From an uncultured Chitinophagaceae bacterium (GTDB lineage Bacteria; Bacteroidota; Ignavibacteria; UBA10030; UBA8401), in the NCBI GenBank assembly GCA_964603685.1, contig CAZRWF010000006.1:677-64676 (forward strand): a stretch of 64,000 nucleotides of DNA, given 5' to 3'. A program made the position numbers and the translations under genes. The notes under the pieces are model-generated. The model saw only the letters and a list, made by a program, of their open reading frames with translations. It did not search any database and was not told where the DNA came from. This document shows positions 63,100 through 64,000 of this stretch, piece by piece. Position 1 is the first letter of the stretch. The number at the start of each line of letters is the position of its first letter.

Positions 63100-64000
63100 T
63101 TATTTATTGATGCGAATGATGTTGACGACGCCGGCGACAAAGAAGATGATGTTCGCCAGCCATGCGGTCAGCAGCGGATCGATGTCGCCGTTATAGCCGA
63201 ACACGTTGCTGATCTTCATAAAGACCATGTAAATGAAGACGACCGCGGCGGAAATTCCCACCTGCAGCGCAATTCCCCCTTTTCTTTTCCCGAACGAAAA
63301 CGGAATCCCGAACAACACCACGATCACGCTGGCGAACGGGAACGCGATCTTGCCGTGATAATCCACCAGCCACCGCGCCACGTCGTTGCCGCTGCTTTGC
63401 TGCCGGCGGATAAACTCCTCCAGTTCTGTATAATTCATCTCTTCCGGCCGCTCTACTTTTTTGACGATATCCTTCGGAGAAAACGTGAGATCGTCGAACG
63501 TATAGGAATCAAACGAACGGACCTGTTCGCCGCCGCCGGTTATGATCCTCTCTTTGCCATACCGCATCGTCCACCGGTGCGCCGTACTGTCCCACGTAAA
63601 TTGTAATCCGTCCCACCGACGGGACATGGTGATGAGACTGGTATCGCTGAATTCCTGGACGGAGGTGCGCGTGCCGTTGCCGCTCAGTCTGTCGAAGAAG
63701 GCGATGTAGACGATCCGTCGCGTGCCGTCCTGCAGATAGATATTGGTCCGGGCGGAGGATTCGAGATTTTTATTCAGATACCGACGTTCTATCGCAAATT
63801 TCTGTTGGTTTGCGAACGGCACGATCCATCCGTTAAAATAGACCGACACGCCGCTCACCGCAAGCGCCACGAGAACGATGGGGAACATGTATCGGTAGAT
63901 ACTCATTCCGCCCGCCTTCATGGCGGTTAATTCGTTTTGACCGGCGAGTTTTCCGGTCGTAAAAAGACTCGCAAGCAACACGGCCACCGGGGTCATCAGT
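63100..64000 (-). CDS. LptF/LptG-family (YjgP/YjgQ) LPS export permease, N-terminus beyond the window edge
   Basis: NELTAMKAGGMSIYR motif, a periplasmic beta-jellyroll-length insert and 3 C-terminal TM helices. The frame stays open to nt 64000. Confidence 0.8.
   Translation of the reverse strand, partial: LMTPVAVLLASLFTTGKLAGQNELTAMKAGGMSIYRYMFPIVLVALAVSGVSVYFNGWIVPFANQQKFAIERRYLNKNLESSARTNIYLQDGTRRIVYIAFFDRLSGNGTRTSVQEFSDTSLITMSRRWDGLQFTWDSTAHRWTMRYGKERIITGGGEQVRSFDSYTFDDLTFSPKDIVKKVERPEEMNYTELEEFIRRQQSSGNDVARWLVDYHGKIAFPFASVIVVLFGIPFSFGKRKGGIALQVGISAAVVFIYMVFMKISNVFGYNGDIDPLLTAWLANIIFFVAGVVNIIRINK

Overview
This is a gene-dense chromosomal window of about 52-55% GC by eye. It has about 50 protein genes. 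I recognised no rRNA, tRNA, CRISPR array, transposase or integrase.

Layout:
- 1-12.4 kb, + strand: an alternative complex III (ACIII, genes actB-actF; actB is cut by the window edge) followed directly by an aa3-type cytochrome c oxidase operon.
- 12.4-21.1 kb: housekeeping and stress genes (HtpX, TerC, SppA, HU, YtxH, an EF-G2-like paralog), plus a 31-codon, extremely basic micro-ORF that is missing from the ORF track.
- 21.2-34.6 kb: six genes joined by start/stop overlaps. They are a Wzx-like flippase, a GT-C-like membrane protein, one family-2 glycosyltransferase (GT2), two family-4 glycosyltransferases (GT4), and a ~2,364-aa PorU-like (C25/gingipain-family) protein. That protein carries two FAM3/ILEI-type lectin-like domains and a type IX secretion system (T9SS) C-terminal sorting domain (CTD).
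- 34.6-39 kb: small unrelated genes (a standalone OmpR-type winged helix, a metallophosphoesterase, an EVE-domain protein, an NlpC/P60 peptidase, a Y-family polymerase).
- 39.1-49 kb, - strand: a tightly packed array (polyprenyl synthase, tatC, glyA, rpiB, a FadL/PorV-like barrel, a DUF4270-like lipoprotein, gmhB, glgA, an M61 peptidase).
- 49.2-63.1 kb, + strand: porU-porV followed by four co-directional envelope genes. The first of these is an M6-like protein in which ASIGS replaces the HExxH zinc motif.
- 63.1-64 kb, - strand: an LptF/G-family permease cut by the window edge.

T9SS genes together with sigma70-like TTGACA/TATAAT promoters and clear Shine-Dalgarno (SD) sites suggest a non-Bacteroidia member of the FCB group, possibly Ignavibacteria-like. 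That is inference only.

The best candidate for something undescribed is the glycan-assembly operon coupled to a second, lectin-bearing PorU paralog. Next is the promoter / structured leader / terminator unit abutting the porU start codon.

All calls come from reading motifs in the supplied translations and DNA. No searches were run.
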